Of a DNA stretch of 64,000 bases, positions 62,734-64,000 are shown piece by piece; the stretch's first letter is position 1, and the number at the start of each line of letters is the position of its first letter. A program made the translations under genes and the position numbers. The notes below the pieces were generated by a model. The model had not been told where the DNA came from. It saw only the letters and a program-made list of their open reading frames with translations, and made no database searches. The stretch lies in NCBI GenBank assembly GCA_000002435.2, contig CM018789.1; one strand, 5' to 3'. This DNA comes from Giardia intestinalis (Eukaryota).

Positions 62734-63591
62734 ATGCGCCTTTGTCTAAAGAGTGGTTCCTGGTACCCTTTACCAAAGGAGGCAAAGGCTCAGGTTGCAG
62801 CTTTTCTCAGGAAAGCTGGAGAGGCAGTGCATCCAGATGCAAACGTTAGGTTCATTATCGCCCCACATGCCGGTCTGGTGTACAGTGGCTTGACTGCGGC
62901 GCACTCTTATTCATCCATCGACCCTACACGTTATACCTCAGTTGTTATGTTAGGTGTTTGCCACGCTTTTCATCAACGAGGCCTGTCTACGAGCCCATTT
63001 GCGTCCTGGGCCAATCCGTTGATGGAAAAGGGGTCGCCATCCCTCTCTATGGAGACAATTCCGGGTCTTCCTAGTTGCCAAAAAGATGATTGTGAGGAAG
63101 AACATAGTCTAGAGTTGCAAATACCTTTCCTCGCACACGTGTTTGCTAACCAAATTGAGGCTGGTACCGTCAAGTTTTCCGCGGTGTACTGCAGCTATGG
63201 TGCTACAAGGACAGAGATTGACTCCCTGATGGACTATGTCACCGAACACAACTCGCTTATCGTCGTGTCCAGTGACTTTTGTCACTATGGTCCACGGTTC
63301 CAATTTACACCGATGATACAAGGTAAAACAGCGAATGAAACAGTCACAATGCTGGATAATAAGTGCATAAATGGAGTTATGCTGGGCGCAAACTCGTTTG
63401 AAGAGGCTTTGAAAGAAACCCAAAACACCGTTTGCGGACAATACACCATATTGACGTGTCTGCGTGTTTTAGAGGGACTCAAATTGGACGTTAAGAAGGA
63501 GTTATTGTTCTACACCAAATCTGATGAGCCAAGGACGGCCCGTGACCACTCTGTTTCTTATGTCTCCATGCGAGGTATACAGGCATGCTGA
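62734..63591 (+). CDS. MEMO1: MEMO1-family protein (Memo/AmmeMemoRadiSam system protein B fold)
   Basis: GSWYPLP...[78 protein letters not shown]. These align with human MEMO1 (GSWYTAS...[78 protein letters not shown]). The ATG lies 2 nt after the NEK stop codon. Confidence 0.8.
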   Translation: [285 protein letters not shown]

Positions 63592-63699
63592 AGTAGTTAT
63601 GCCCGTAGTAAATGCTTGATAAAGGATGCTCTAGATACTATTAGTTGGCTAGATGTAGAAGGTAGAGTGTGTGCCCATAACTAGATGTGAAATGCGTGT

Positions 63700-64000
63700 T
63701 CACGAGACTGGCTCTAGTGGCTGAGCAATCCGACCTGCCTTATGTTCCATGACATAGGTCTCCTGCACCAGGCCATCGAACCACCAGTACGAAGCTGGCT
63801 TCAGCTGGGAAAAGTCGATGACGAGACGTCCGGACTCGTCACACGCCGTTTCTAGTTCTAGCATAAGTGCGCTTATGCACCCAGCCATGGCCTTGGGAGG
63901 AAGTTGCTCTAGACGCTGTACCAGTTCTTGCACTTCATCATAATAGGGCGACCGGAGACTTTTCTTTCGATTGAGACACTTGGGGAGCTTTCCTGGGGTG
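63700..64000 (-). CDS. 3' part of a minus-strand gene continuing beyond the window edge (hypothetical protein)
   Basis: The reading frame is open from the window end down to the stop at 63700. The ORF-track start at 63933 is a GTG, so the true start is probably upstream (right) of the window. No recognisable domain in the 100 aa visible. Confidence 0.3.
   Translation of the reverse strand, partial: TPGKLPKCLNRKKSLRSPYYDEVQELVQRLEQLPPKAMAGCISALMLELETACDESGRLVIDFSQLKPASYWWFDGLVQETYVMEHKAGRIAQPLEPVS

Noticed and set aside
1-64000. Prokaryotic-style systems (CRISPR arrays, restriction-modification, toxin-antitoxin, defence islands, integrons)
   Set aside because: The sequence is unambiguously eukaryotic (Giardia telomere, VSPs, NEK-ankyrin kinases, eukaryote-specific genes such as SRP19, eIF2B, SMC6, MLH1, MEMO1). 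No short direct repeat/spacer arrays or prokaryotic gene families are present.

Overview
This window is a chromosome end of the diplomonad Giardia intestinalis (G. lamblia); it is eukaryotic, not prokaryotic. The evidence is direct: bases 1-812 are about 160 tandem CCCTA pentamers, i.e. (TAGGG)n on the minus strand with the G-rich 3' end pointing at coordinate 1, and TAGGG is the Giardia telomere unit. Two complete genes (20623-22266 minus, 23545-25614 plus) end in the invariant VSP tail ...GLIGFLCWWFICRGKA, have CXXC repeats, and carry the conserved VSP 3' signal CACTTAGGTAGTAAAC. GGCY motifs, NEK kinases fused to ankyrin repeats, short AT-rich initiators (AATTAAAAATG, AATAAAATG, ACAAAAAAATG) and near-zero intergenic spacing also fit Giardia. 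The layout has three parts. (i) The telomere at 1-812. (ii) About 28 kb of GC-rich, gene-poor subtelomere. It holds a 4.2-kb GC-rich block with no credible ORF, a heavily frameshifted VSP/HCMP-like pseudogene, a BPI/LBP-like gene, an SLC35F6-like transporter interrupted by a +1 frameshift, and a head-to-head VSP pair inside a near-perfect inverted repeat with 3.2-kb arms (17495-20722 and 25515-28742). (iii) From about 30 kb the composition switches abruptly to a gene-dense housekeeping core. This contains a bZIP-like protein, SRP19, an RluA-family pseudouridine synthase, a TBCC/RP2-like protein, two long S/T-rich disordered proteins, a NEK pseudokinase and an active NEK (both with ankyrin repeats), an eIF2B-family subunit, a divergent IF2-like GTPase, DNA ligase I, SMC6, MLH1, an orphan 793-aa protein, a non-VSP cysteine-repeat membrane protein, MEMO1, and a partial gene at the right edge. 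I found no rRNA, tRNA, CRISPR, intact transposon ORF or prokaryote-type system. The items most worth a second look are the giant VSP inverted repeat, a 96-bp identical dispersed inverted repeat (4284-4379 and 17141-17242), the bZIP-like candidate with a hydrophobic segment, the divergent GTPase, and the back-to-back LIG1-SMC6-MLH1 trio with 5-bp and 38-bp spacers.
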